From the NCBI GenBank assembly GCA_963843485.1, contig CAWJKK010000015.1, positions 213,128 to 277,127 on the forward strand: DNA of 64,000 nt. The letters run 5' to 3'. Within the stretch, counting starts at the first letter, position 1. Every line of letters starts with the position of its first letter. The notes beneath the pieces are model-generated. The model was not told the origin of the DNA and did not search any database. It saw nothing but the letters and a program-made list of their open reading frames with translations. The DNA is from an uncultured Solirubrobacteraceae bacterium (lineage in GTDB: Bacteria > Actinomycetota > Thermoleophilia > Solirubrobacterales > Solirubrobacteraceae). Position numbers and translations under genes: made by a program. Below, in pieces: positions 21,726 through 32,643 of the stretch.

Positions 21726-23348
21726 ATGGCCATCGAGGACGACGACGCGGTCGACGACTCGGTCGCGCCGGTCGTCGGCCCGGACGACCCGCGGCGGTTC
21801 ACGGACTCCGGGATCGAGGTCAAGCCGGTCTACGGCGCGGACGACGCCCCCGCCGACCTCGACCTGGGCGAGCCCGGCGAGTTCCCGTTCACGCGCGGGA
21901 TCCACGCCGAGATGTACCGCAAGCGGCTGTGGACGATGCGCCAGTACGCCGGCTACGCCTCCGCCAAGGAGTCCAACGCCCGCTACAAGTACCTGCTCGC
22001 GCACGGCTCGACCGGCCTCAGCATGGCCTTCGACCTGCCGACGCAGCTCGGGCTCGACTCCGACGATCCGCGCAGCCTCGGCGAGGTCGGGCGCACCGGC
22101 GTCGCGATCGACACGCTCGACGACATGCGGACCGCGTTCGACGGCATCCCGCTCGACGAGGTCTCGACGTCGATGACGATCAACGCGCCCGCGGCCGTGC
22201 TGCTGCTGCTGTACGAGCTCGTCGCCGAGGAGCAGGGCGTCGCGAGCACCGACCTGCGCGGGACGGTGCAGAACGACATCCTCAAGGAGTACGTCGCGCG
22301 CGGGAACTTCATCTTCCCGCCCGAGCCGAGCATGCGGCTGACGACGGACCTGTTCGCGTACTGCCACGAGCGGATCCCGAAGTGGAACACGGTCTCGATC
22401 TCCGGCTACCACTTCCGCGAGAAGGGCGCCTCGGCGGTGCAGGAGGTCGCGTTCACGCTCGCCTCCGGCATGGCCTACGTGCAGGCGGCGCTCGACGCGG
22501 GGCTGAAGGTCGACGACTTCGCGCCGCGGCTCGCGTTCTTCTTCAACGGCCACAACAACGTGTTCCAGGAGGTGGCGAAGTTCCGCGCCGCCCGCAACAT
22601 GTGGGCGCACGCGATGCGCGAGCGCTTCGGCGCGCAGGACGCGCGCTCGATGATGCTGCGGTTCCACACGCAGACGGGCGGCGTGACGCTGACCGCCCAG
22701 CAGCCGCAGAACAACACCGTGCGCGTGGCCCTGCAGGCGTTCGCGGCGGTCTGCGGCGGGACCCAGTCGCTGCACACGAACGGCTACGACGAGGCGCTCG
22801 CGCTGCCGACCGAGCGCGCCGCCAAGCTCGCGCTGCGGACGCAGCAGATCATCGCCCACGAGTCGGGCGCGACCGACACGGTCGATCCGTTCGCCGGCTC
22901 CTACTACGTCGAGTCGCTGACCGCCGACATCGAGCGCCGCGCCTGGGCGCTGATCGAGCGCATCGACGGCATGGGCGGCTCGGTCGAGGCGATCGCGTTC
23001 ATCAAGAACGAGATCGAGGAGTCGGCGTTCGGCTACCACGAGCGCTACCGCACCGGGCAGGACGTCGTGGTCGGCGTGAACCGGTACGTGGAGGAGGACG
23101 TCGAGGTCGAGGACATCCTGTCGGTCGATCCGCAGGGCGAGCGTGCGCAGTGCGAGCGCCTGCAGGCGTACAAGCGCGATCGCGACGGCGCCGCGGTCGA
23201 GCGGCGGCTCGAGGAGCTGCGCGAGGCGTGCCGCGGCTCCGGCAACCTGATGCACCCGATCCGGGCGGCGCTCGCCGACCGCGCCTCGATCGGCGAGGTC
23301 TGCGGCGCGATGCGCGACGTCTTCGGCGAGTACCAGCCGGACATCTAG
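21726..23348 (+). CDS. acyl-CoA (methylmalonyl-CoA-type) mutase, catalytic TIM-barrel subunit without fused B12-binding domain
   Basis: ATG at 21726 lies within ORF 21468..23348. Contains [35 protein letters not shown] and [14 protein letters not shown]. Intact, 540 aa. Confidence 0.9.
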   Translation: MAIEDDDAVDDSVAPVVGPDDPRRFTDSGIEVKPVYGADDAPADLDLGEPGEFPFTRGIHAEMYRKRLWTMRQYAGYASAKESNARYKYLLAHGSTGLSMAFDLPTQLGLDSDDPRSLGEVGRTGVAIDTLDDMRTAFDGIPLDEVSTSMTINAPAAVLLLLYELVAEEQGVASTDLRGTVQNDILKEYVARGNFIFPPEPSMRLTTDLFAYCHERIPKWNTVSISGYHFREKGASAVQEVAFTLASGMAYVQAALDAGLKVDDFAPRLAFFFNGHNNVFQEVAKFRAARNMWAHAMRERFGAQDARSMMLRFHTQTGGVTLTAQQPQNNTVRVALQAFAAVCGGTQSLHTNGYDEALALPTERAAKLALRTQQIIAHESGATDTVDPFAGSYYVESLTADIERRAWALIERIDGMGGSVEAIAFIKNEIEESAFGYHERYRTGQDVVVGVNRYVEEDVEVEDILSVDPQGERAQCERLQAYKRDRDGAAVERRLEELREACRGSGNLMHPIRAALADRASIGEVCGAMRDVFGEYQPDI

Positions 23349-23404
23349 GCGACTTCGTAACAGAGCGCATGAAGTTCCGCGCGCCGCGGGGATAAGGCGG
23401 CCAC

Positions 23405-24941
23405 GTGCTGACGTGGGCAAGAGCTGCGGTCGCAGCGGCGAGTGTCGGAGCCGCGCTGCTGGCGAGCGCCGGCAGCGCCTCGGCCGCGGACGGCTCCAAC
23501 CCCGCTGGACCACTGCTCGACGCGGTCACGGGGGTGACCGAGCGCACGACCGAGACCGTGCGCCAGACCGGCGAGACGGTGGCGGCGACCACGGGCCAGG
23601 TCGCTGCGGTCGTCGACAACACCGGATCCCAGGTCGCGGCCGCGACCCAGGGCGTGGCCCAGGCCGTGCGCGAGATCGCACCCGCTCCGGCGCCGCGCCC
23701 CGCGCCCGCCGCAGATCCCGGCTCCGGCTCGGCCGGCGGCGGTTCCGGCGCGACCGGCGGCTCCGGCTCGTCCGGCGCCGACCGGCGGGGTCCGGCTCGA
23801 CCGGCGCGTCCGGCGGGTCCGGCGCGACCGGCGGGTCCGGCTCGTCCGGCGCGGTCCGGGTCCGGCCGAGTCGGCGCGTCCGGCTCGTCCGGCCCGGTCG
23901 GCGGGTCCGGTCCGATCGCCGTCCGGCGGGTCCGGCGCGGCCGGCGGCTCCGGTTCGATCGGCGGGTCCGGCGCAGCCGGCGGCCCGGCGTCCGGCCCGA
24001 TCGGCGGCTCCGGTCCGATCGGCTCGTCCGGCTCGTCCGGCGCGGCCGGCGGCGTCCGATCCGATCGGCGTCGGTCCGGCGGTCGGTCCGGCTCCGGCCG
24101 GCGGCGGGTCCGGTCCGACCGGTGGGTCCGGTCAGGCCGGCGGCGGACTCGCGGCGGCGACGCGCTGATCGGCGGCGCGACTCGCGGCGGCGACGCGCTG
24201 ATCGGCGGCTCGCTCGTGACCGTGCTCGACGCCGCGCCGACCGCCATCACCGGCCTGCTCGGCGCGATCGCGGTGACCGTGGACGGGACCGGCCAGGTGG
24301 TCGCCGGCGTCGCGAACGGGCTGGCGACGACCGTCGAGGGCACCGGCATCGCGGTGGACGGCCTGCTCGACGAGCTGGCCACGACCGTCGACGAGACCGT
24401 CTCGGGCGTCATCCAGCCTCCGCCGCCGACCGCGGAGCCGCCACCGGCGGCCGTCGAGACGAAGACGCCGCCCGGCACGGCCGCTGCGCCACCCGCGCCC
24501 GCTGCGGCGCCGCTGCCCGCTGCCGTGCTCGCCGCACCACCACCACCATCTTCGCCCGTGCCGTTTGCCGGTCGCGCTCCACGCCCGCGCGCACCCCGTC
24601 CCGGCGCTCGTCGCGGTGACGCATGACCGGGCAGCGGCCGCGCGGCCGGTGCCGGAGACGCCTGCGGCCACCGCCCCGGCGACCGTCGCGGCGCGGCCCG
24701 AGGCCGTAGGCGGCGGCAGCACGCAGCAGCGCGCTCCGCCGCTCATGACGGCGCCGCCGCCGCGGGCAGCGGCCTCGCCGGCGCGGCCTCGGCCGCAGCG
24801 GCGGCGGCCACCTCGGCCGCTCCCGCGATCCTTCTCGCCGCGGCGCTGCTCGCCGCAGGCTTCCTCCTCGCCCGGCTGCTCGCGCCCTACGCGCAGCGGC
24901 CGGCGCTCGCGTTCGTCGCAGTTCTCGAACGGCCTGGCTGA
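23405..24941 (+). CDS. secreted repetitive protein: signal peptide, GGSGxx hexapeptide repeats, Pro-rich segment, C-terminal TM helix (several frame breaks in the repeats)
   Basis: GTG at 23405 gives MLTWARAAVAAASVGAALLASAGSASA. The repeats lie at 23718-24146. The segment TRGGDALIGG...TVDGTGQVVAGV... is in the frame of ORF 24216. The tail AILLAAALLAAGFLLARLL runs to TGA at 24939-24941. It could be two genes. Confidence 0.5.
23718..24146 (+). repeat. degenerate 18-bp tandem repeat encoding GGSG(A/S/P)(T/S/A/I) units
   Basis: Units such as ggcgggtccggcgcgacc / ggcgggtccggctcgtcc / ggcggctccggtccgatc are read directly, about 20 or more units. Confidence 0.7.
24147..24212 (+). repeat. 33-bp tandem duplication (ACTCGCGGCGGCGACGCGCTGATCGGCGGC...), encoding TRGGDALIGG twice
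   Basis: The two copies start at 24147 and 24180 and are identical over 30 nt. Confidence 0.8.
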
Positions 24942-24951
24942 GTCGCCCCTC

Positions 24952-24979
24952 TAGGGCCGCGCCAGCGCGGACGGCCCTA
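24952..24979 (+). terminator. GC-rich hairpin TAGGGCCG(cgccagcgcgga)CGGCCCTA just after the repeat-protein stop
   Basis: An 8-bp perfect outer stem plus an inner CGC/GCG stem, 10 nt after the stop. There is no U-tract, which is common in high-GC genomes. Confidence 0.45.
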
Positions 24980-25019
24980 CCCGCGACCAGTCCATTCGAG
25001 AACCGAAGGAGCATCGACG

Positions 25020-25833
25020 ATGTGGCGTTCCGCGACAGCGGCAGTTGCCGTCACGCTCACGCTCGCTGTAGCACCAGCGGGCGCGGGAGCCCAGACACCG
25101 CAGGTAGCCGGCACGGTCCAGGCCGCGCTGGCCACCCCGGTCACGGCCGCCGTCCCGGCGGTCGCACAGGAAAGCGACGACTCGGCCGCCGCGGTCGAGA
25201 TCGAGCCCGTACCAGCCACCGCCGCGCCGATCACGGTCGAGAGCGGCAGCGCGCCAGCGACGCTCCTGGATTCGGCGGACGCGCCGATACGTGTCGTGGC
25301 CCCTGAGAACCGCGAAGCGTCGACGTCGACCGGTGGTACCGGCGGGGCCACCGGCGACGTCGCGATCGGGACAGCGCAGCCCGGACCGGCCGGGCTCGCC
25401 GGCGACGACGCGGGCCCCCAGGATCTGGGGGATCCCGACGAGCCGCTCGGCGAGCCGGCCGATCCGGTCCCGGCCGTGCCCGACGACGGCGGCGTCGGCG
25501 TCCCGCAGCCGGCGGCACCCGACGACGAGGCGGCAGGCGGCGAGCCCGAAGGCGAGCGACCGCCGGCCGCGGACGACGAGGCCACCGGTGGCGCCGAGTC
25601 GCCCACCGCGGGCGATGACGGGGACGTAGCGCCGGACACGGGCGGTGACGCAGCGCCGCGCGAGAGCGACCGCGAGGCGGCACCGGATGCCCCGGCGCAG
25701 GCCCCCGACCCCGACCGGCGGCGGCGAGGCGGAGACGCTGCCGTTCACGGGCCTCGGTGTCGGCCTGCTCGTCCTACTCGGCGCGCTGTGCCTGACCTTC
25801 GGACTCGCGGGGTGGCGCCTGGCCGCGCGCTGA
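25020..25833 (+). CDS. acidic surface protein with N-terminal signal peptide and C-terminal LPXTG-type sorting signal (frame break near 25705)
   Basis: Starts MWRSATAAVAVTLTLAVAPAGAGAQ, followed by a D/E/P/A-rich body. The C-terminus in the frame of ORF 25645..25833 reads LPFTG-LGVGLLVLLGALCLTFGLAGW-RLAAR. Confidence 0.65.
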
Positions 25834-25847
25834 GCCACCAAGACCTC

Positions 25848-25864
25848 CCCCAGGCCCCCTGGGG
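25848..25864 (+). terminator. hairpin CCCCAGG-ccc-CCTGGGG downstream of the LPXTG gene
   Basis: A perfect 7-bp stem, 15 nt after the stop at 25833, in a convergent intergenic region. Confidence 0.45.
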
Positions 25865-25974
25865 CGATGTGGGCGCGCGCAGGCGAGGACGGCGGTACCG
25901 GCGGGGTCGCCGTCCCCCGACGCGGGCGACCCACGCCGGCAGCGCCGGTCGCCAGCGAGCGGCCGGCGCTCCGG

Positions 25975-27148
25975 CTACCGCCGGTTCACGTTCTCGCAGT
26001 TGCTGGTGCGGACGCTCCGGTTGGTCCCGACGTTGACCGTGTCGCCGCCCGGCCCGCAGTCGATCGTGACCGCGGAGCGCGAGTAGGCGTCGATGCGATC
26101 GTTGCCCGTCCCGGCCTGCACGACGTTGGTGCCCGAGCCGCGCAGGTAGATGTGGTCGTCGCCCCAGCCGCCGAGGATCGTGTTCGAGGACGGGCCGCCC
26201 TGGAGGTAGTCGTTGCCGCCCTCGCCGTCGATCACGTTGCGCCCGCGGCCGCCGTAGACGGTGTCGGCGCCGTCGCCGGCCGCGATCCGGTCGGTGCCGC
26301 GCGAGCGGCCGGACGGGAGGCGGTTGCCCCACAGGATGTCGTCGCCGCCGAGCCCGATCAGGACGTCGCCGCCCGGCCCGCCGAGCAGCGTGTCGTTGCG
26401 CTCGGTGCCGCGCAGGCGGCTGCCGTTGTCTGGAGCGCGCGAACTTGGTCCGGCCCTCGGTCGGGTCCTTCTCGCGCGCCGCCGCGATGATCGACTCGCA
26501 GTTGCGGATCTCGCGCTGCCGGATCGACTTGCGGTGCGACGGCCCGCCTTCGCCGTTCGGCGGGTCGATGTAGATCGTGTCCGCGCCCGGGCCGCAGTCG
26601 ACGAGCTCGATCTTGTCGCCGACGTTGATGTGCACGCGGTCGTTGCCCTCGCCGCCGAGGATCGTCTCCGGCCCGGAGTCGGAGTGGATCTCGTCGTCGC
26701 CCGAGCCGCCGTCGAGCACGTCGGCCGCACCGCCGCCGTGGATCAGGTCGTTGCCCGAGCCGCCGCTCGCGCGGTCGCCCGCCCCGCCGGTGTCGATGTT
26801 GTCGTTGCCGGCGCCGCCGTCGATGTCGTCGCGCCCGAAGTCGCCGACGATCGTGTCGTCGCCGTCGCCGCCGTCGATCTCGTCGTCGCCCGAGCCGCCG
26901 TTGATCAGGTCGTTGCCGCCACGGCCCTGGATCCGGTCGCCGCCGGTCTCGCCCCAGAGCGTGTCGGCCGCCGAGCCCCCGTACAGGCGGTCGCCGCCGC
27001 CCATCCCGAAGATCTCCGTCGGTACGCCGGGACGCGCCCGCAGCGTGTCCCGCCCGGGCGTGCCGCTCTTGGTCTGGGCGGCCGCTTCCGCGGCCGGCAA
27101 TGCGGCGAGCAGCACCGCGCTGATGAAGAGAGTGATCGATCGGGACAA
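25975..27148 (-). CDS. secreted RTX-type calcium-binding repeat protein (frame break near 26430)
   Basis: Signal peptide [25 protein letters not shown]. Many GGxGxD nonapeptides ([19 protein letters not shown]...). Each of the two RTX blocks ends in a DCGPGxDT...NCE module. The C-terminal half is in ORF 25975..26730. Confidence 0.75.
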
Positions 27149-27222
27149 GGGTCTCGGCCTTCCGCCAGGGGTCGATTGTCACCCGCAACGGTAGGAGGCG
27201 CGCCGGTAGAGTCGTCGCGTCC

Positions 27223-28793
<1,571 letters not shown>

Positions 28794-28799
28794 CGAGCC

Positions 28800-29352
28800 T
28801 CAGGCCTTGCCCGGGCCGTAGGAGAGGTTCAGCACGCCGCGTCCCGAACGCCTCCGAGCTCAGGAGCTCGAGCGGGATCGTCGGCTCGTCCGCCGGGAAC
28901 AGCCGGGCGAGCCCGCCGCCGACGGCGATCGGGTGCACGAGCAGGTTGAGCTCGTCCAGGAGACCCTCGCGCAGCAGCCAGCGGACGGTGGTGGCGCTGC
29001 CGGACATGGTGATGTCGCCGCCGTCCTGCGCCTTGAGGTCGGCCAGCTTGCGGGCCGCGTCGCCGCCGCTGATGAGCTCCGTGTTCTCCCACTCCGCGGC
29101 CTGCAGGCTGTCGGAGACGACGTACTTCTTGATCGGGTTGATCACGTCGCCGAACGGCTCGTCGGCGTGGTCGGGCCAGTACGCGGCCCACTCGTCGTAG
29201 AGCACGCGGCCCATCAGCATGGCCTCCGTGGTGGCGAAGCCGGCGCCGACCGCGGCGCCCATCTCGTCGTCGAAGTAGGGGAAGTGCCACTGGTCGGGCG
29301 ACTCGACGACGCCGTCGAGGGAGATGAAGAAGTTCGACTTGATCTTGCGCAC
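28800..29352 (-). CDS. dihydrofolate reductase family protein (RibD C-terminal domain type); frame break near the 3' end
   Basis: GTG at 29352 gives [19 protein letters not shown]...MGRVLYDEW...[28 protein letters not shown]. The final residues [14 protein letters not shown] appear after removal of one C. Confidence 0.75.
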
Positions 29353-29873
29353 TAGAGCGCCTCCTGGTCCGTGTTGTCCGGTCGTGTGTCTGCCGCGAGG
29401 AGCGCGTCCATCTGGGCGACGGACTGCGGGAACACGTCGAACGCGCCCCAGCGCTCCAGCTGCTGCATGTGGTCGCTCGAGGCGAAGACGAAGCGCAGCT
29501 CCATGCGGGTGCCGCCGTCGCGCTCGGTCAGTTCCACCTGCACCGCGGTGGTCGGCGTGCCGGCGTTCGGGGTCCCGTCCCGGTTGGCGTATCCGTCGGT
29601 GAACTCGAGCGACCGCGGCGGGGCGACCGCGGTGACCCGCCACCAGCCGCGCGACTGCTCGCCCTCCGGGCCGGTCATGACGTAGGTGACCTCCCCGCCG
29701 GCGGCGAGGTCGTGCTTGTCGACGACCGCCGGGTGGGTCGGCGGCCCCCACCAGCGCTCGAGCTGCCGCGGGTCGGCCCACAGATCCCACACGCGCTCGA
29801 TCGGGGCGTCGAAGTCGGCGATCAGGAGCAGGCTCAGGCCATCCAGGTCCTTCTCGACCTTGACGACGCTCAC
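29352..29873 (-). CDS. SRPBCC superfamily protein (AHSA1/START-like)
   Basis: Intact 173-aa ORF with IERVWDLWADPRQLERWWGP, typical of the Aha1-like SRPBCC family. It is co-oriented with, and overlaps, the ArsR gene. Confidence 0.8.
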   Translation of the reverse strand: MSVVKVEKDLDGLSLLLIADFDAPIERVWDLWADPRQLERWWGPPTHPAVVDKHDLAAGGEVTYVMTGPEGEQSRGWWRVTAVAPPRSLEFTDGYANRDGTPNAGTPTTAVQVELTERDGGTRMELRFVFASSDHMQQLERWGAFDVFPQSVAQMDALLAADTRPDNTDQEAL

Positions 29874-30205
29874 GCGCCGTGCCCCAGCAGATCCGCCATC
29901 CGATCGACGCGCCCGCGCCAGGCCGTCTCGAGCTCGTCGAGCACCCTGCGCGCCTGGTCCACGGCGTCGCGGTCGGTGTGCACGAGCTGCTCGCGCCCGC
30001 GGCGCTGCTTGGTGACCAGGCCGGCCCGCTCCAGCACCGCGACGTGCTTCTGCACCGCGGCGAAGCTCATCGGATAGACGTCGGCGAGCCGCGACACCGA
30101 CGGCTCGCCGCTGACGCAGCGGTGGAGGATGTCGCGGCGCGTGCCGTCGGCCAGCGCGTGGAACACGCGGTCCACCTCCTCGTCGGTCTTCAAACCTACA
30201 ACCAT
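29870..30205 (-). CDS. ArsR/SmtB family transcriptional regulator
   Basis: Intact 111-aa ORF with FHALADGTRRDIL...SVSRLADVYPMSFAAVQKHVAVLERAGLV (winged HTH). Confidence 0.85.
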   Translation of the reverse strand: MVVGLKTDEEVDRVFHALADGTRRDILHRCVSGEPSVSRLADVYPMSFAAVQKHVAVLERAGLVTKQRRGREQLVHTDRDAVDQARRVLDELETAWRGRVDRMADLLGHGA

Positions 30206-30238
30206 TCAGTTGTAGGTTAGCGGACCGCTACGGTCCGC
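30193..30238. promoter_or_regulatory. two adjacent perfect palindromes in the 37-bp ArsR/PPOX divergent region: AACCTACAAC-N6-GTTGTAGGTT and GCGGACCG-cta-CGGTCCGC
   Basis: Read directly. The first palindrome (30193-30218) contains the ArsR start codon (30203-30205) in its loop. The second is at 30220-30238. Confidence 0.45.
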
Positions 30239-30242
30239 GCTC

Positions 30243-30623
30243 ATGAGCAGCGTCTTCAGGGCCGCCGAGCGGGCGTACCTGGTCGGCGGGCGGCAGCTCG
30301 GGCGGATCGCGACGGTCGGCGCGGACGGCACGCCGCACGTCGTGCCGGTCGCATGGATCTACAACGCGGTGCGGGAGACGATCGACGTCGGCGGCTCCGA
30401 GCTCGAGCGATCGAAGAAGTTCCGCGACGTGGCCCGGACGGGGCGCGCCGCGATCGTGATCGACGACCTGGCGAGCACCGACCCGTGGCGTCCGCGCGGG
30501 ATCGAGGTCCGCGGCCGCGGCGAGGCGATCGCGCTGCCGACGGCGCTGATCCGGATCCATCCCGAGCGGATCGTCAGCTGGGGGCTCGAACCGGGACGCA
30601 GCGCCCGCACGGTGGCGCGCTAG
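30243..30623 (+). CDS. PPOX-class (pyridoxamine 5'-phosphate oxidase-like) probable F420-dependent protein
   Basis: Intact 126-aa ORF with GRIATVGADGTPHVVPVAW...GRAAIVIDD, typical of the split beta-barrel PPOX family. Confidence 0.75.
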   Translation: MSSVFRAAERAYLVGGRQLGRIATVGADGTPHVVPVAWIYNAVRETIDVGGSELERSKKFRDVARTGRAAIVIDDLASTDPWRPRGIEVRGRGEAIALPTALIRIHPERIVSWGLEPGRSARTVAR

Positions 30624-31118
30624 TCCGCCGGCAGGCCGAGCTGCAGCGAGCGCAGCAGGCCGGCGAGCCGCTCGCGCTCGGCGGCGCTGAGAGGCCGCGA
30701 GCAGCCGCGCCTCGTTCGCCAGGTGCGCCGCGGTCACCGAGTCGATCAGGTCGTGGCCGGCGGCGGTGAGGGTGATCAGCGTGCCGCGGCGGTCGTCGGG
30801 GTCCGGCGTGCGCTCGATCAGCCCGGCCTGCTCGAGCCGGTCGAGCCGCTTGGTCGTGCCGCTGGAGGTGAGCATCAGCGAGCCCGTGAAGTCGCTCGGG
30901 CGCAGCCGGTGCGGCGGACCGATGCGCCGCAGCGTCGCCAGCACGTCGTGCCAGCCGGGCTCGAGCCCGTGCGCGCGGTAGACGGGCTCCAGCCGCTGCT
31001 CGAGCTCGCGTGCCAGCCGCGAGATCCGCCCGATCACGCCGATCGGCGACGGGTCGAGGTCGGGGCGTTCGCGACGCCACATGTCGATGATCTCGTCGAC
31101 GCCGTCGCGGTCGGTCAC
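30620..31118 (-). CDS. MarR family transcriptional regulator (frame break near 30690)
   Basis: GTG at 31118 lies within ORF 30228..31169. Contains LTSSGTTKRLDRLEQAGLIERTPDPDDRRGTLITLT. The tail LSAAERERLAGLLRSLQLGLPAD ends at 30620. Confidence 0.8.
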
Positions 31119-31214
31119 GGTTCGAACACTAGACTTCACAACACCGACAGGTGCTCGAGCCCCCTGCATCTTCGAGTGGCGAGGTCCATCCCTGGGGGCG
31201 AGTTAGGTGGCGCG

Positions 31215-31427
31215 ATGAGCGACACGAGCAAGAAGCAGCGCCCTCCGGCCCCTCCGAAGCGCGGCGACGCCGCCTGGCGAGAGCAGAAGGACGCGATCGC
31301 GCGTCGCAACGAGCAGGCCTGCAAGGTTGCGCAGGACCGGCGCCGCGCGCGCGACGACGAGCACGCCGCCGCCTTGCGTGCAGCCGAGCTGGCGGAGCGG
31401 GCGCAGCTGGCGGGCAGGCAGGCCTGA
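31215..31427 (+). CDS. small basic hypothetical protein (70 aa)
   Basis: ATG at 31215 in the frame of ORF 30723..31427, with high GC3. Sequence: MSDTSKKQRPPAPPKRGDAAWREQKDAIARRNEQ... Confidence 0.45.
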   Translation: MSDTSKKQRPPAPPKRGDAAWREQKDAIARRNEQACKVAQDRRRARDDEHAAALRAAELAERAQLAGRQA

Positions 31428-31513
31428 CCCGGCCGGGAGCCGCCGCGATCGCGTAGAAGGAAATATCTCTGCGGGAAGTTGCGTCCTAGGAAGATACGTA
31501 GTAGGATGCCTTC

Positions 31514-31606
31514 ATGTTCAAGTTCACGAAGGCACTCCACCGCCGTCCTCGCACCCGCCGCAGCCTGCGGCCGCCCGAGCCGCAGCCGCGCATGAGCTGG
31601 TACTGA
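31514..31606 (+). CDS. candidate 30-aa Arg-rich micro-ORF MFKFTKALHRRPRTRRSLRPPEPQPRMSWY (not in the supplied ORF track)
   Basis: ATG at 31514 is preceded by AGGA 8 nt upstream, inside a locally AT-rich island. 27 of 30 codons end in G/C. TGA at 31604-31606. It lies 44 nt upstream of the zinc-ribbon peptidase gene. Confidence 0.4.
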   Translation: MFKFTKALHRRPRTRRSLRPPEPQPRMSWY

Positions 31607-31650
31607 GCCGGCCGTGCTGCTGCACCCCGTCCTAGCCTGGGCGGGACCCG

Positions 31651-32581
31651 ATGCGCACCTTCGCCTGCCAGACCTGCGGCCAGCTCGTCTTCTTCGACAA
31701 CTCCGCCTGCTTGCGCTGCGGCACGACGCTCGGGTTCGCCTGGCCCGAGCGCGAGCTGGTGAAGGCGGACGCGCCGTACTGCGCGAACGCCGACGTCGCG
31801 GGCTGCAACTGGCTCGTCGCCACACCCGGCGAGCTGTGCGCCTCGTGCCGGCTCACGCGCACCCGCCCTGCCGACGGCGACGCCGCCGGCCTCGCCGCAC
31901 TCCAGACCGCCGAGACCGCCAAGCGCCGCCTCCTGTTCGAGCTCGGCGAGCTCGAGCTCCCGCTCGACGGCCTCGTCTTCGACCTGCTGTCGAGCGAGGC
32001 CGAGCCCGTCACGACCGGCCACGCGGACGGCGTGGTCACGCTCGACCTCGCCGAGTCCGACGACCCGCACCGCGAGCGCATGCGGCAGGAGCTCGGTGAG
32101 CCCTACCGGACGGTGCTCGGCCACCTGCGCCACGAGGTCGGCCACTTCTTCTGGACCGTCCTCGCCGCCGACGAGCCCACGCGCGAGCGCGCCCGGCTGC
32201 TGTTCGGCGACGAGCGCACGGACTACCGGCAGGCGCTCGACCGCCACTACGCGTCCGGCCCGCCGGACGGCTGGGAGGACGAGCACGTCAGCGCCTACGC
32301 GACCATGCACCCGTCCGAGGACTGGGCGGAGACGTTCGCGCACTACCTCCACATCCGCGACACGCTGCAGACCGCGGCCGCGTACGAGGTCAGCGCCCTC
32401 GGCACGCGCGTCGGACGCGAGCGCGGACGGCTTCGCGGCGCTGCTCGAGGACTGGCTGCCGCTCACGTTCGCGCTCAACGCGCTGAACCGCAGCATGGGC
32501 CGCGACGACCTCTACCCGTTCGTGCTGCCGCCGCCGGTCGTCGCCAAGCTGAGCTTCGTGCACGACCGCGTCCGCGGCTGA
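31651..32581 (+). CDS. zinc-ribbon plus HExxH zinc-binding metallopeptidase family protein (frame break about 32390-32420)
   Basis: Contains MRTFACQTCGQLVFFDNSACLRCG (zinc ribbon), a second Cys cluster and LRHEVGHFFW (HExxH). The C-terminus LEDWLPLTFALNALNRSMGRDDLYPF... is in ORF 32096..32581. Confidence 0.75.
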
Positions 32582-32643
32582 CGCGGCAGCGGTACGCTGG
32601 GCAGCAATGCGCCGCCGTCTGACACCGGTCGACCGCGTCGGGC

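Noticed and set aside
21321-23513. 730-aa minus-strand ORF
   Set aside because: It is antisense to the intact acyl-CoA mutase gene. Only its extreme 3' part (about 21600-21690) coincides with the true selA N-terminus frame.
23700-24210. The repeat region considered as a CRISPR array or a collagen-like (GXY) gene
   Set aside because: The period is 18 bp without unique spacers, and the coding periodicity is GGSGxx, not GXY. The region lies inside a signal-peptide-bearing ORF.
30185-30205. CTTCAAA (a tRNA-Sec-like anticodon loop sequence) near 30190-30197, checked as a possible selC
   Set aside because: The flanks cannot form anticodon or acceptor stems. The sequence is the 5' end of the ArsR coding region (MVVGLKTDEE).
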